From Candidatus Cybelea sp. (lineage in GTDB: Bacteria; Pseudomonadota; Alphaproteobacteria; Dongiales; Dongiaceae), in contig DATKMF010000136.1 of the NCBI GenBank assembly GCA_035542015.1, positions 89-64,088 of the forward strand: a stretch of DNA of 64,000 nucleotides. Reading direction: 5' to 3'. Position 1 is the stretch's first letter; each line of letters opens with the position of its first letter. A program made the position numbers and the translations under genes. This document shows, piece after piece, positions 38,566-48,370 of the stretch. The notes beneath the pieces were generated by a model that did not search any database, was not told the origin of the DNA, and saw nothing but the letters and a program-made list of their open reading frames with translations.

Positions 38566-38601
38566 ATCCGATTGACGAGAACAGTCATCGGAGGATGCAA
38601 C

Positions 38602-38997
38602 ATGGCGCAAGCGATTCCGCGCAGCCAGGAGACGTTGAAGAAGGACGAGACGGTCGACCTCATTGCCGCCGACAAGGTGCAAGGCACCGACGTCTATACC
38701 CGCCGCCGCGATCGCGCGGGCGAGATCGAGGACATCATGATCGACAAGATCTCCGGCCGTGTCGCCTATGCGATCGTCGCATTCGGCGGCTTCCTCGGCA
38801 TGGGTGAAACGCGCCGGGCGATCCCGTGGAGCGTGCTGCATTACGATACCGAGCTCGGCGGCTATATCGCCGAAGTCGACGATGCGGTGCTCAAGGACGC
38901 GCCGAACGAGGTTTCCTCGGACGACCGCTACTATCGGGACATGGACTGGAATACCCGAGTCTATACCCATTTCGGCGTCCCGCCGTATTGGATTTGA
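38602..38997 (+). CDS. PRC-barrel domain protein
   Basis: LIAADKV.GT.VY, IMIDK.SGRVAYA..AFGGFLG.G, IPW; GGAGG SD. Confidence 0.9.
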   Translation: MAQAIPRSQETLKKDETVDLIAADKVQGTDVYTRRRDRAGEIEDIMIDKISGRVAYAIVAFGGFLGMGETRRAIPWSVLHYDTELGGYIAEVDDAVLKDAPNEVSSDDRYYRDMDWNTRVYTHFGVPPYWI

Positions 38998-39034
38998 GTC
39001 CGGTCGTCACACCGGTTTTTCAAGGAGTGAAGCT

Positions 39035-39505
39035 ATGAACAGGATCAATCGCAGCCTTCTGCTGGCCGGCCTGCTGGCTTTCGGCGCGGCGCCGGCGCTG
39101 GCGCAGAGCGCCACGACCCCGGCCCCGTCGACCACGCCTCCGCCGGCGACCACCCGCAACCCCAGTGACACGAGCACCACGACGACGAGCACGCAGAGCA
39201 ATGGCAGCGCCCTGACGACGCCGGCCCAGAACGCGGACGGCACGTTCAATGCCAGCGAGGTCATCGGTATGACCGTCGTGAACAACAGCAACGACAGCAT
39301 CGGCCGCATCGGCGAGCTGCTGGTCGACAAGAACGGCCAGGTCAGCGGTGTCATCGTCGATGTCGGCGGCTTCCTCGGCATCGGCTCGCATCGGGTGATG
39401 CTGCCCTGGAACCAGGTCCAGCTGACCAACCACAACGGCAGCATCCAGGCCCAGGTCAACGCCGACAAGGATACGCTGAAGCAGATGCCGGAGTATAAGT
39501 CGTAA
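39035..39505 (+). CDS. Exported PRC-barrel domain protein
   Basis: Signal peptide, T/P-rich linker, ASEVIG..V.N, VDVGGFLGIG, LKQMPEY. Confidence 0.9.
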   Translation: MNRINRSLLLAGLLAFGAAPALAQSATTPAPSTTPPPATTRNPSDTSTTTTSTQSNGSALTTPAQNADGTFNASEVIGMTVVNNSNDSIGRIGELLVDKNGQVSGVIVDVGGFLGIGSHRVMLPWNQVQLTNHNGSIQAQVNADKDTLKQMPEYKS

Positions 39506-39527
39506 CCGCACGGCAGGCGTAGAGGAG

Positions 39528-39551
39528 CGGGCCGGCCGTCGCGCCGGCCCG
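39528..39551. terminator. Hairpin between convergent genes
   Basis: CGGGCCGGC / GCCGGCCCG stem. Confidence 0.5.
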
Positions 39552-39557
39552 TCTCGT

Positions 39558-41486
39558 TTATGCCGTCAGCGGCCCGTGCGACTTGCGCAGCTCGTCGAGC
39601 GGGGAGACCGGGAAGGCATCCACGGCGCGGAACTCCAGGCCCCCGGTGCAGCCGCCGATGGCCAGCGCCTCCTCGAAGATGCCGATGATGTCGCGGCGCT
39701 GCCCTTGCGAGAGCCGGCGTCGGCTGCGGATCATCAGGTCGAAGCGTTTGTCGCGGATCAGTCCATCGAGCTGGAAGGCGCCGAGCACAGCGAAGTCCAC
39801 ATCGACCAGGAAGCGCGTTCCGCGCTTCTTCTCGGCGTCTTCCCCAGCACCGCCCCCGGCGTAGCGGTAGTAGAGATTGATCTGCGTCAGGCCCATCCGC
39901 GCGTCGTAGACCGGAAGGAAAAGCGCACGCCAATCGACCCCCGGTCGGTCCTTGGCGAGCTCCGAGAGCTGCGCGAACTCGTCCTTCAGCTTCCTGATTG
40001 CCTCTTCCTTGTCGACCGGCATCTTGCGGCCGGCGAGCAGGGGACCCAGCAGCCGCTCGACCTCGCCGTTGCGGAGAGCGGAGATGGCATTGGCGATCCC
40101 CGCCGCGAGCTTGGTCCCGGTCTGCGGCAGGCCGGAGGATGCCAGGGTCGGAGTATCGGCCTGGGCGCCGCCGGGCCCGCGCAGCACGGCGACGAGATCG
40201 TCGAGGCTGGGCCAGCCGCGCGAGAGATAGAGCAGCGCATCGTCCGGCGAGGTCACCGGCGGCACGACCGTGGCGGGCGGCATCGCCGGCTCCAGCACCA
40301 GCGCCACCTGGGCGCCGATCGGCAATCGCGTCCGCTGCTGCAGCATCAGCGCGCCCGCCGGCGTGTCGATCACCGGAAAGCCGGCCCGCGTGTAGCCGAG
40401 CACATGGCCGATCAGCGGCGGCGTCGCGCCGGCAAGCCGCGCGGCGTCGGGAGCGATCTCGATCTCGGCGCCCGGCACCGGCAAGACGGCGATCACATGC
40501 AGACTGAGCTCGCTGCCGGGCTCCAGAAACTGCGGCGCAGCGACCGGAGCGGCGGCGTTGGCAACCTTGGCGAGGAGTGTCGCCGGCAACGTCGCGATGG
40601 CGCCGGGCTTCGCCTCGGCCGCCGCCGCGAAGAGCGATGTGATCTGCTGCGCCACCTCGGGCAGCAGCGTCGTGCCGATCGCCGGCGGAACGACGGTCGG
40701 CGTCGCAACCGCGGTACCGGGGAGAGGCGCGGGCGCCGCGCCGGCCTCCGGGGTCAGTCCCGCTGCCGGGATCACGACCGGCGCGTTCGGCGCGGGGATG
40801 CTCGTTGCTGGGTCGAAGGGTTGTCCGGGCGCCACGACGGTCGCCTCGGTCTCGATCAGCAGCGCGGTCTGGGCCAGGATCTGCGCCTTCTGGGCCGCGT
40901 CGGCCGGCACGGTGACCGGCTGGGTCGGTGGCGCGAAGACCTCGATCTCCGGCGTCGGCAGCAGCGTGTTGGGGGCGGGCGCCTGCACCGCGATCGCTTG
41001 CAGGGTGGTGCCGACGACCTCGATTGTGGGCGGCGGAGGCCGCACATTCCCTTGTGCATCGGTCTCGCCGCTCGGCGCCCCTGCGGACCCGCTGGGTGCC
41101 GTCCCGCCGGCGCTCGTACCTGAGCCGGCACCGCCGACGCCGCTGGTTGCGGTCTGTCCGGACTGACCCTGCGGCGCTTGCGTCCGGGCCGTGCTCGCAT
41201 CGATCGAGAGGATCAGCACCTGCAGCCGGTCACCGGCATTGCGCACTTCGAGCATGACGGTGCTTCCGGCCGGCAATTGCGCCGCGGTCGCGACCTGGAC
41301 CGTGCCCTTGTCGGTCACGATCGTGGTCAACCCATCCGGCCCGCGGCCGAGCACCGTGCCCTTGAGAATGGTTCCCGCGACGGCGCCGAGCAGCGCGCGG
41401 GGCGGGTCCGAGATCACGCCGGTCACCACCGCCGGCCCGGTGAAGCCGGGCAGGCTGCGGCCGATCGGATTGAAGATGTCGCTCAC
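39558..41486 (-). CDS. Hypothetical flagellar-operon protein, Pro/Ala-rich, possibly with a FliK-like C-terminus
   Basis: Last gene of the fliF...flhG run; C-terminal W...LP...RF.VDV....LG..QLDG. Confidence 0.75.
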   Translation of the reverse strand: MSDIFNPIGRSLPGFTGPAVVTGVISDPPRALLGAVAGTILKGTVLGRGPDGLTTIVTDKGTVQVATAAQLPAGSTVMLEVRNAGDRLQVLILSIDASTARTQAPQGQSGQTATSGVGGAGSGTSAGGTAPSGSAGAPSGETDAQGNVRPPPPTIEVVGTTLQAIAVQAPAPNTLLPTPEIEVFAPPTQPVTVPADAAQKAQILAQTALLIETEATVVAPGQPFDPATSIPAPNAPVVIPAAGLTPEAGAAPAPLPGTAVATPTVVPPAIGTTLLPEVAQQITSLFAAAAEAKPGAIATLPATLLAKVANAAAPVAAPQFLEPGSELSLHVIAVLPVPGAEIEIAPDAARLAGATPPLIGHVLGYTRAGFPVIDTPAGALMLQQRTRLPIGAQVALVLEPAMPPATVVPPVTSPDDALLYLSRGWPSLDDLVAVLRGPGGAQADTPTLASSGLPQTGTKLAAGIANAISALRNGEVERLLGPLLAGRKMPVDKEEAIRKLKDEFAQLSELAKDRPGVDWRALFLPVYDARMGLTQINLYYRYAGGGAGEDAEKKRGTRFLVDVDFAVLGAFQLDGLIRDKRFDLMIRSRRRLSQGQRRDIIGIFEEALAIGGCTGGLEFRAVDAFPVSPLDELRKSHGPLTA

Positions 41487-41496
41487 GGCCGCCCGA

Positions 41497-42336
41497 TCAG
41501 TTTCCCTGGCGCGCCTGCGGCGCTGCCTCGCCGCCGGTCACTTCGAGGAGTCGGCGCGCCAGCGCTTCGACATCCTGCGCCGCCGGGCTGTTCGGGTGCC
41601 GCACCAGGAGCGGCGTCTGGGTGGAGATGCTGTCGCGCACCTTGGGATCGCGGCGGATCACGCCGACCAGAGGGATACGCCGCTTCAGGAAGCGGTCGCA
41701 GGCCTTGGCCAGCGTCTCATAGGTCCGTTGCCCGATCTCGCGGCTCGCCGCCATGTTGACCGTGACGCCGAGCGGCGTCTCGCGGCTCTGCTCGCTGGCG
41801 TCGAGCGTGAGCATTTTGATCAGGGCGTAAGCATCGGTCAGCGCGGTCGGTTCGTCTGTCGTGACCACGAGGCAATAGGCGGCGCGGCCGGCGAGATAGC
41901 GCACCGGGCGCTCGATGCCGGCGCCGAGATCGACCACCACGCGTCCGTAGGAGCCGCTGACCGCGCGCAGGCCCGCGGCAAGCCCTTGCAACCGGTTGAT
42001 CGGCATCGCGGCGAGGCTTCCCGATCCTGAACGCCCCGCGATCAAGTCGAAGCCGCCGCTCGGATAGGAGATGACCGCGCGGCTGAGCGGCATATGGCGT
42101 TCCAGCGCGGTTCCGAGATCCATCGAGGGCTGGATGCCGAGTTGCACATCGATATTGGCAAGGCCGAGATCGCCGTCGAACAGCAGCACCCGCTCGCCCA
42201 GCTTGGCCAGGGCCTGGGCCAGCGAGATGCTGAGCCAGGTCTTGCCGACGCCACCCTTGCCGGAGGCGACCGCGATCACATTGGGGATAGGGTCATCCGT
42301 CGGCGCCGCGGCCGCGCGGATGCTGGTCTCACTCAT
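41497..42336 (-). CDS. flhG: FlhG/FleN MinD-type ATPase
   Basis: SGKGGVGKT, DGDLGLAN, DLGAG, EPTALTDAYA; follows flhF. Confidence 0.9.
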   Translation of the reverse strand: MSETSIRAAAAPTDDPIPNVIAVASGKGGVGKTWLSISLAQALAKLGERVLLFDGDLGLANIDVQLGIQPSMDLGTALERHMPLSRAVISYPSGGFDLIAGRSGSGSLAAMPINRLQGLAAGLRAVSGSYGRVVVDLGAGIERPVRYLAGRAAYCLVVTTDEPTALTDAYALIKMLTLDASEQSRETPLGVTVNMAASREIGQRTYETLAKACDRFLKRRIPLVGVIRRDPKVRDSISTQTPLLVRHPNSPAAQDVEALARRLLEVTGGEAAPQARQGN

Positions 42337-43442
42337 GTTCTTGATCCTACCGGTCGCTTGCGGGTCCCGCCGGTGTTGCGGCCGGGATCCGGCCTTCGTC
42401 TTGCGCCCCCGTCGACTGGGCTCTTGTCGGCAGATCCCCTGTCGACGGACGCCCGGTCGACGGCCTCTCTGTCGACTCGTGCGGTCTCGTCATTCTGCCC
42501 GGGTTTTGGCGCGGCCGCCATCTCCTGGGGCATCAGCAGCCGGGCGAGGGCGTCGGCGCCGAACGCCATCAGCCCGCTGCCGATCTCCGGCGAGATGCCA
42601 AACTCGGCGAAGCCGAGCTTGCCGGCTTCGGCCGCCGCGAGCACCCCGCCATAGCGCCGCGCCGCGTCGATTCGGGTCGCGATCAGACGCTGACAGCCGA
42701 GCTCGGCGAAGAGTTGGCCCTGCTCGGCGGATTCGGAGACATCGCCGCCTGCGGCCAGGGTGAGGATCGGCTCGGCCTTGCTGGCGGCGGCGAACTCGCC
42801 CAGGGCGGCGAGGTCTTCCTGCTTCAAGGGATTGCTGCCGGCGGTGTCGATCAGTACGACCGCACCTTCCGGCGCCGCGGCGATGGCGCGCCTAAGGGTG
42901 GCCGCGTTACGCGCCTGGTAGGCGGTGATCCCCATGGCCTTGGCATAGGTCGCGAGCTGGTCGATGCCGCCCGCCTTGGCGAGGTCGCAGGTGACGGCGA
43001 CCACCGGCCATTTCGCCGCCTTGGCGCCGGCCGCGAGCTTGGCGAGGGTCGCGGTCTTCCCGGCGCCGGGCAGCCCCACCAACATCACCGGCCGCTCCGG
43101 CCTCCGCGCGAGGATCGGGCTGTAGGCGAAACGCGCGCGCAAGGCGGCGCCCAGCGCTTGGCGCGGATTCTCCAGCAGGAAGTTCTCTGCGAGGTGCATC
43201 AGCCGTTCCATCAAGAGCTCCGGCACGCGGTGGAAATCCAGCGCACCGGCGATCGAATCCATCGGCTCCGGCGCCAGCAGGGGCGCCGGTTCCAGCATCG
43301 CCGCGCGGTCGAGCGCCGCGGTGATCTTCACCGTCTTGCCCGCGGTCTCGGTGTTGAGGATCACCGCGTCGGGTCCAAGCTCGTCGCGCACGAGGCGGAT
43401 CGCCTCGCTCATATTGGCCGCGCTGAAGGTCCTAAGACGCAT
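42333..43442 (-). CDS. flhF: SRP-family GTPase FlhF
   Basis: MRLRTF.A..M.EA...VR.ELG.DAVIL, GAGKT, DTAG, TRID. Confidence 0.9.
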   Translation of the reverse strand: MRLRTFSAANMSEAIRLVRDELGPDAVILNTETAGKTVKITAALDRAAMLEPAPLLAPEPMDSIAGALDFHRVPELLMERLMHLAENFLLENPRQALGAALRARFAYSPILARRPERPVMLVGLPGAGKTATLAKLAAGAKAAKWPVVAVTCDLAKAGGIDQLATYAKAMGITAYQARNAATLRRAIAAAPEGAVVLIDTAGSNPLKQEDLAALGEFAAASKAEPILTLAAGGDVSESAEQGQLFAELGCQRLIATRIDAARRYGGVLAAAEAGKLGFAEFGISPEIGSGLMAFGADALARLLMPQEMAAAPKPGQNDETARVDREAVDRASVDRGSADKSPVDGGARRRPDPGRNTGGTRKRPVGSRT

Positions 43443-43462
43443 AGAGCTTCAAAGCCGCGTGA

Positions 43463-45598
43463 TCAGATCTGCCCCAGCGTGCGGATCTTCGCCTTCGCGT
43501 GGATCTCGTTCTGCGACATCACCATGGTGGTCGAGCGGAACCGCTCCACGATCGAACGTACGAAGGGCCGGATGCCGGGGCTGGTCAGCAGCACAGGCGT
43601 CTCGCCCATGATGGCGAAGCGCTCGAAGGTCTGGCGCACCGACTGAATGAACTGCTGCAGCTGCGTGGGCGCCATCACCAGATGACGCTCCTCGCCCTCG
43701 CCCTGGATCGCGTCCTGGAAGGCCTGCTCCCATTCCGGCGAAAGGGTGAGGAGAGGGATGACGCCGCCGCTGTCGGCCGCGGAATCCGAAAGCTGGCGCG
43801 CCAATCTGGCACGCACGTGCTCGACGATCGAGGTGATGTTGCGGGAATAGCCGCAGGCCTCGGAGACGCCTTCGAGCACGTTCGGCAGGTCGCGGATCGA
43901 GACCCGCTCGCCGAGCAGGTGCTGCAGCACGCGCTGCACGCCGCCGACCGAGATCTGGCTGGGGATCAAGTCCGCCACCAGCTTCTGGTGCTCCTTCGGG
44001 AGTTCGTCGAGCAGCTTCTGGGTCTCCGCATGCGACAGCAGCTCGGACATGTTGTCCTTGACGATCTCCGTCAAGTGCGTGGTGATCACGGTCGAGGGAT
44101 CGACCACGGTATAGCCGCGGAACAGCGCTTCCTCCCGAGCGCTGGGATCGACCCACATGGCGGGGAGGCCGAAGGCGGGCTCGGTCGTCTCCTCGCCGGG
44201 CATGCCGATCTTGTCGCCCCGCGGGTCCATCACCATGATCATGTTCGGCCGCAAGTCGCCGCGGCCGGCCTCGATCTCCTTCACCCGCACGATGTAGGAA
44301 TTGGCGTTGATCTGCAGGTTGTCCTGGATGCGGACCGCCGGGAGGATGAAGCCCATCTCGCCGGCGAGCTGGCGCCGAAGCGCCTTGATCTGGTCGGTGA
44401 GGCGATGGCCGCGCTCGGTGTTGATGAGGCCCAAGAGGCCATAACCGAGCTCCAGCCGGATCGCGTCGATGGTCAGTGCGGTCGAGATCGGCTCGTCCAG
44501 CACCGGCGCCGCCGCCTCTTTCTTCTTCGCCTGCTGGGTAGCCACCTGCACCGCCTTCTTCTGCTGCCGCGTGATCAGGAAGGCCGCGGTGCCGGCGAGC
44601 GCCGACAGGGAGAGGAAGGGGACGGCCGGGATGCCGGGCAGGACCGCGATCACCGCCATCAGGAAGGCGGCGAGGCCGAGCGCCGTCGGATAGCCGGAGA
44701 GCTGCCGGAACAGCATCTTGTCGGTCGAGCCGATCATGCCGGCCTTGGTGACCAGCATGCCGGCGGCGGTCGAGACGATGAGCGCCGGGATCTGCGTCAC
44801 CAGGCCGTCGCCGACCGTCAGCAAGGTGTAGGACTTGGCGGCATCGCTGATCGAGAGGCCCTGCTGCACGACGCCGATGATGATGCCGCCGATGATGTTG
44901 ATGAACACGATGACGAGGCCGGCGATCGCGTCGCCGCGCACGAACTTGGCGGCGCCGTCCATGGCGCCGAAGAAGTTGCTCTCGTCCTCCAGCTGCTTGC
45001 GCCTGGCGCGCGCCTCGGCTTCGTCGATCAGCCCGGCGGAGAGATCGGCATCGACCGCCATCTGCTTGCCGGGCATCGCGTCCAGGCTGAACCTGGCGCT
45101 GACCTCGGCGATGCGGCCCGAGCCCTTGGTGATGACTACGAAGTTGACCAAGGCCAGGATCGCGAACACGATCAGGCCGATCACGTAATTGCCGCCCATG
45201 ATGAAGCCGCCGAAGGCCTGGATCACATGGCCGGCGGCGTCGGTCCCCTCATGGCCGTGGGTCAAGATCAGCCGCGTCGAGGCGAGGTTCAGCGACAGAC
45301 GCAGCATGGTCACGATCAGGAGGACCGTGGGGAAGGTGGAGAAATCGAGCGGTCGCTCGATCAGCAGCACCACCATCAGGATGAGGACGGCGAAGGTCAG
45401 CGAGCAGGCGAGCGAGATGTCGAGCAGCCAGGGCGGCAGCGGCAGGATGAGGACGGTCAGCACCGCCATCAGGCCCAGCGCCAGCAGGATCTCGCCGCGG
45501 CGCAGCAGCCCGGTCACGCGGCTGAGGTTGAAGCCGGCCGCTGCGGCGCCGGCCTGTTGTTGCGCCGGTGCCGCGGCCGCCGCGTTGGTGTCGGTCAT
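43463..45598 (-). CDS. flhA: Flagellar export gate protein FlhA
   Basis: RIAEVSARFSLDAMPGKQM, GAMDGAAKFVRGDA, GDGLVTQIP. Confidence 0.98.
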   Translation of the reverse strand: MTDTNAAAAAPAQQQAGAAAAGFNLSRVTGLLRRGEILLALGLMAVLTVLILPLPPWLLDISLACSLTFAVLILMVVLLIERPLDFSTFPTVLLIVTMLRLSLNLASTRLILTHGHEGTDAAGHVIQAFGGFIMGGNYVIGLIVFAILALVNFVVITKGSGRIAEVSARFSLDAMPGKQMAVDADLSAGLIDEAEARARRKQLEDESNFFGAMDGAAKFVRGDAIAGLVIVFINIIGGIIIGVVQQGLSISDAAKSYTLLTVGDGLVTQIPALIVSTAAGMLVTKAGMIGSTDKMLFRQLSGYPTALGLAAFLMAVIAVLPGIPAVPFLSLSALAGTAAFLITRQQKKAVQVATQQAKKKEAAAPVLDEPISTALTIDAIRLELGYGLLGLINTERGHRLTDQIKALRRQLAGEMGFILPAVRIQDNLQINANSYIVRVKEIEAGRGDLRPNMIMVMDPRGDKIGMPGEETTEPAFGLPAMWVDPSAREEALFRGYTVVDPSTVITTHLTEIVKDNMSELLSHAETQKLLDELPKEHQKLVADLIPSQISVGGVQRVLQHLLGERVSIRDLPNVLEGVSEACGYSRNITSIVEHVRARLARQLSDSAADSGGVIPLLTLSPEWEQAFQDAIQGEGEERHLVMAPTQLQQFIQSVRQTFERFAIMGETPVLLTSPGIRPFVRSIVERFRSTTMVMSQNEIHAKAKIRTLGQI

Positions 45599-45627
45599 CG
45601 AGCGCTACCCCCGCTCAGGTGTTCCAG

Positions 45628-47004
45628 TCAGGCCGAGGCCTGGTCCACATCGCCGTGAGAGGGCGGCACCATCACGCCTTCCTCGCTGTACTGCTTCAGC
45701 TTGTTCCGCAGCGTGCGGATGGAGATGCCGAGGATGTTGGCGGCATGGGTCCGGTTGCCGAGGCAGTGCTGCAGCGTGTCGATGATGAGGTCGCGCTCGA
45801 CCGCGGCGACGGTGCGCCCGACCAGCACGGCGGTGCCAGCGGCGTCCGCTTCCTTCGCGGCGTCCGAGCCGGCAACTTCCGCCGCATGCGTCACCGGAAG
45901 GCCGCGCCCGCCGGTCAGCATGATCGCTTCCGGCCCGATCACAGGACCGTGGGCGAGCAGGACGGCGCGATGCATCGTGTTCTCGAGCTCGCGGACATTG
46001 CCGCGCCACTCATGGGCGCCGAGGATCTTCTGCACTTCCGGCGCGATCCCGGTGATCGTGATTCCGTTGGCCTCGCCGTATTTCCTGGCGAAGTGCTCGG
46101 CCAGGACCGGAATGTCGCCGGGCCGCTCGCGCAAGGGCGGCAGCTCCAGCGACATCACGTTGAGGCGGAAGAACAGGTCCTCGCGGAAATTGCCCTTCTT
46201 GACCTCGTCCTGCATGTCGCGGTTGGAGGTGGCGATCAGGCGGATGTCGACCTTGACCGGCTGCGAGCCGCCGACCCGGTCGATCTCGCGCTCCTGCACC
46301 GCGCGCAGCAGCTTGGCCTGGAGCCGCGGGTGCATCTCGCTGATCTCGTCCAACAGCAGCGTGCCGCCGTTCGCCTCCTCGAACTTGCCGATGCGGCGCG
46401 CGAGGGCGCCGGTGAAGGAACCCTTCTCATGGCCGAACAGCTCGGATTCCAGCAGGTTCTCCGGGATGGCCGCGCAGTTGACCGAGATGAACGGCTTGCC
46501 AGCGCGCCTGGAATGCGCATGGATGTAACGCGCCATCACCTCCTTGCCGGTCCCGGATTCGCCGGTGATGAGGATCGAGGCGTCGCTCGGCGCCACCTGG
46601 TCGGCGAGCTTCAGCACGGCCTTGAACTTAGGGTCGCTGAAGATGAAGGCCGAGCTCTCCTCGGCCACGGCGGCCAGCACCGCGGCGATCAGCTCGGCAT
46701 CGGGCGGCAGCGGGATGTACTCCTTGGCGCCGGCGCGGATGGCGCGGACCGCGATCTCGGCCGAGGAGCCGATGCCGCAGGCGACGACGGGGAGATTGAT
46801 GCGCTCGCGCTTCAGGCTCTCGATCATGCGCTGAACATCGAGATTGACGTCGAACATCACGAGATCGGCGCCCTGGCCGTTCCTGAGCGCGTGCAGCGCC
46901 GCGTCGATGTCGTCGACATGCGCGACCTTGGCCCCGCGCGAGAGCGCGATCTTGCCCGCCGCGCTGATATGGCCGTCCAATGAACCGACGATGAGCAACC
47001 GCAT
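45628..47004 (-). CDS. flbD: Sigma54-dependent flagellar activator FlbD
   Basis: Atypical REC, GESGTGKE, ELFGHEKGSFTGA, LLDEI, HTH LGISIRTLRNKL. Confidence 0.9.
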   Translation of the reverse strand: MRLLIVGSLDGHISAAGKIALSRGAKVAHVDDIDAALHALRNGQGADLVMFDVNLDVQRMIESLKRERINLPVVACGIGSSAEIAVRAIRAGAKEYIPLPPDAELIAAVLAAVAEESSAFIFSDPKFKAVLKLADQVAPSDASILITGESGTGKEVMARYIHAHSRRAGKPFISVNCAAIPENLLESELFGHEKGSFTGALARRIGKFEEANGGTLLLDEISEMHPRLQAKLLRAVQEREIDRVGGSQPVKVDIRLIATSNRDMQDEVKKGNFREDLFFRLNVMSLELPPLRERPGDIPVLAEHFARKYGEANGITITGIAPEVQKILGAHEWRGNVRELENTMHRAVLLAHGPVIGPEAIMLTGGRGLPVTHAAEVAGSDAAKEADAAGTAVLVGRTVAAVERDLIIDTLQHCLGNRTHAANILGISIRTLRNKLKQYSEEGVMVPPSHGDVDQASA

Positions 47005-47041
47005 GTCCTAAGTCTCCCGAGGAGTCCGTTAATCCGAGAAT

Positions 47042-47968
47042 TCAGTCGAAATACTTCACCCGCTGGCTGGCGGGCAGGATGGTGTTGAGGACGAGCTCGA
47101 GGCGGCGGGGATTCTCCTGCCGGCCGACCGAGAGTGCGCCCAGGATGTAGATCTGGTTGATGAGGAGCTCGGTCGCCGAGTTGCGCTCGAGCTTCGACGC
47201 GAGCGGCAGGAACACGACGTTCGCCAGCACCGCGCCGTAGAACGTGGTCAGCAGCGCCACCGCCATCGCCGGACCGATGCGTTGCGGGTCGTTCAGTGCG
47301 CCCAGCATCTGCACCAGGCCCACCAGCGTGCCGATCAAGCCCATGGCCGGCGAGACCTCGGCGGCGCGCCGGAGGATTCCGGTCGAGCGCACATGGCGCT
47401 GCATCATCGCATGGGTCTCAAAGGTGAGGTTGCGCTCGATCTCATCGATCGCGATGCCGTCCACCAGCATGGTCATGGCGCGATGCAGGAAGGGCTCGGC
47501 TCTGAGGCCATAAAGCTCCGACTGCAGCTGCAGGATGCCGCGCCGCCGCGCACGCTCGGCCAATTGCAACATGCGCATCGCGGCATCGTTCGGATGATGA
47601 CCCGCGTGGAAGAGGGTGCGGAGCATGACCGGCTGCGCCTGAATCACCTCCGGCACCGAATAGCTGACGGAGGTCACGGCGAAGGTGCCGAGCACCACCA
47701 GCATGATGGCGCGGACGTCAATGAACGGATTCAAATGGAGATTGACGAGATCAGGCGGGACGAAGATGGCGCCGACGATCAAGCCGATCGCGCCGAACAG
47801 GCCCAGCAGCGTCGCAAAGTCGATGCCGCCCTGATTGGCAGCGAGCCGCACCGGCAGCTCGCCGCGGCGCGTGAAGCTTTCCATCTCGATCGTGGGGCGA
47901 CCCTCGCCCCGTTCGCCCGCTGCTTCAGCCATGGTTCCGGCTCCCGATCCCGCCCCCGGTTGCGCCAA
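47042..47968 (-). CDS. motA: Flagellar stator A subunit (MotA/PomA family)
   Basis: PAMGLIGTL.GLVQML, IGP.MAVALLTTFYG; start uncertain. Confidence 0.88.
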   Translation of the reverse strand: MAQPGAGSGAGTMAEAAGERGEGRPTIEMESFTRRGELPVRLAANQGGIDFATLLGLFGAIGLIVGAIFVPPDLVNLHLNPFIDVRAIMLVVLGTFAVTSVSYSVPEVIQAQPVMLRTLFHAGHHPNDAAMRMLQLAERARRRGILQLQSELYGLRAEPFLHRAMTMLVDGIAIDEIERNLTFETHAMMQRHVRSTGILRRAAEVSPAMGLIGTLVGLVQMLGALNDPQRIGPAMAVALLTTFYGAVLANVVFLPLASKLERNSATELLINQIYILGALSVGRQENPRRLELVLNTILPASQRVKYFD

Positions 47969-47974
47969 CCCGCA

Positions 47975-48325
47975 TCACGCACTGCGATCCGTCTTGATGA
48001 TCTCGGTCATGGTGACGCCCAGCCGGTCTTCAACCACGACGACCTCGCCGCGTGCGACCAGCCGGTTGTTGACATAGATATCGACCGCCTCGCCCACCTT
48101 GCGGTCGAGCTCGACCACGGCGCCGCGGCCGAGTTTCAGCAGCTGGCTCACCTGCATCTGGGCGCGCCCCAGCACGGCCGATACCTGGACCGGAACGTCG
48201 TAGACCGCGTCGAGCTCCTTCGAGCTCCCGGCGGCGCGTCCATTGGCGTCGCCGCCACCGCCGCCGTCCTGGACGTCGCCGGCCCCCTCGAACTCCGTCA
48301 GCTGCAGATTTTCTTCGTCGCCCAT
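47975..48325 (-). CDS. fliN: Flagellar switch protein FliN
   Basis: DVPV.VSAVLG, ELDRKVGE.VDIYVN..LVARGEVV. Confidence 0.95.
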   Translation of the reverse strand: MGDEENLQLTEFEGAGDVQDGGGGGDANGRAAGSSKELDAVYDVPVQVSAVLGRAQMQVSQLLKLGRGAVVELDRKVGEAVDIYVNNRLVARGEVVVVEDRLGVTMTEIIKTDRSA

Positions 48326-48370
48326 CTCTTAGCTCCTCGCTCGATTCCGTTCAGCGCCTCATGCCTACGC

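Noticed and set aside
46400-46440. GSFTGA instead of GAFTGA in FlbD
   Set aside because: Common variant in enhancer-binding proteins; the key F-T residues are retained.
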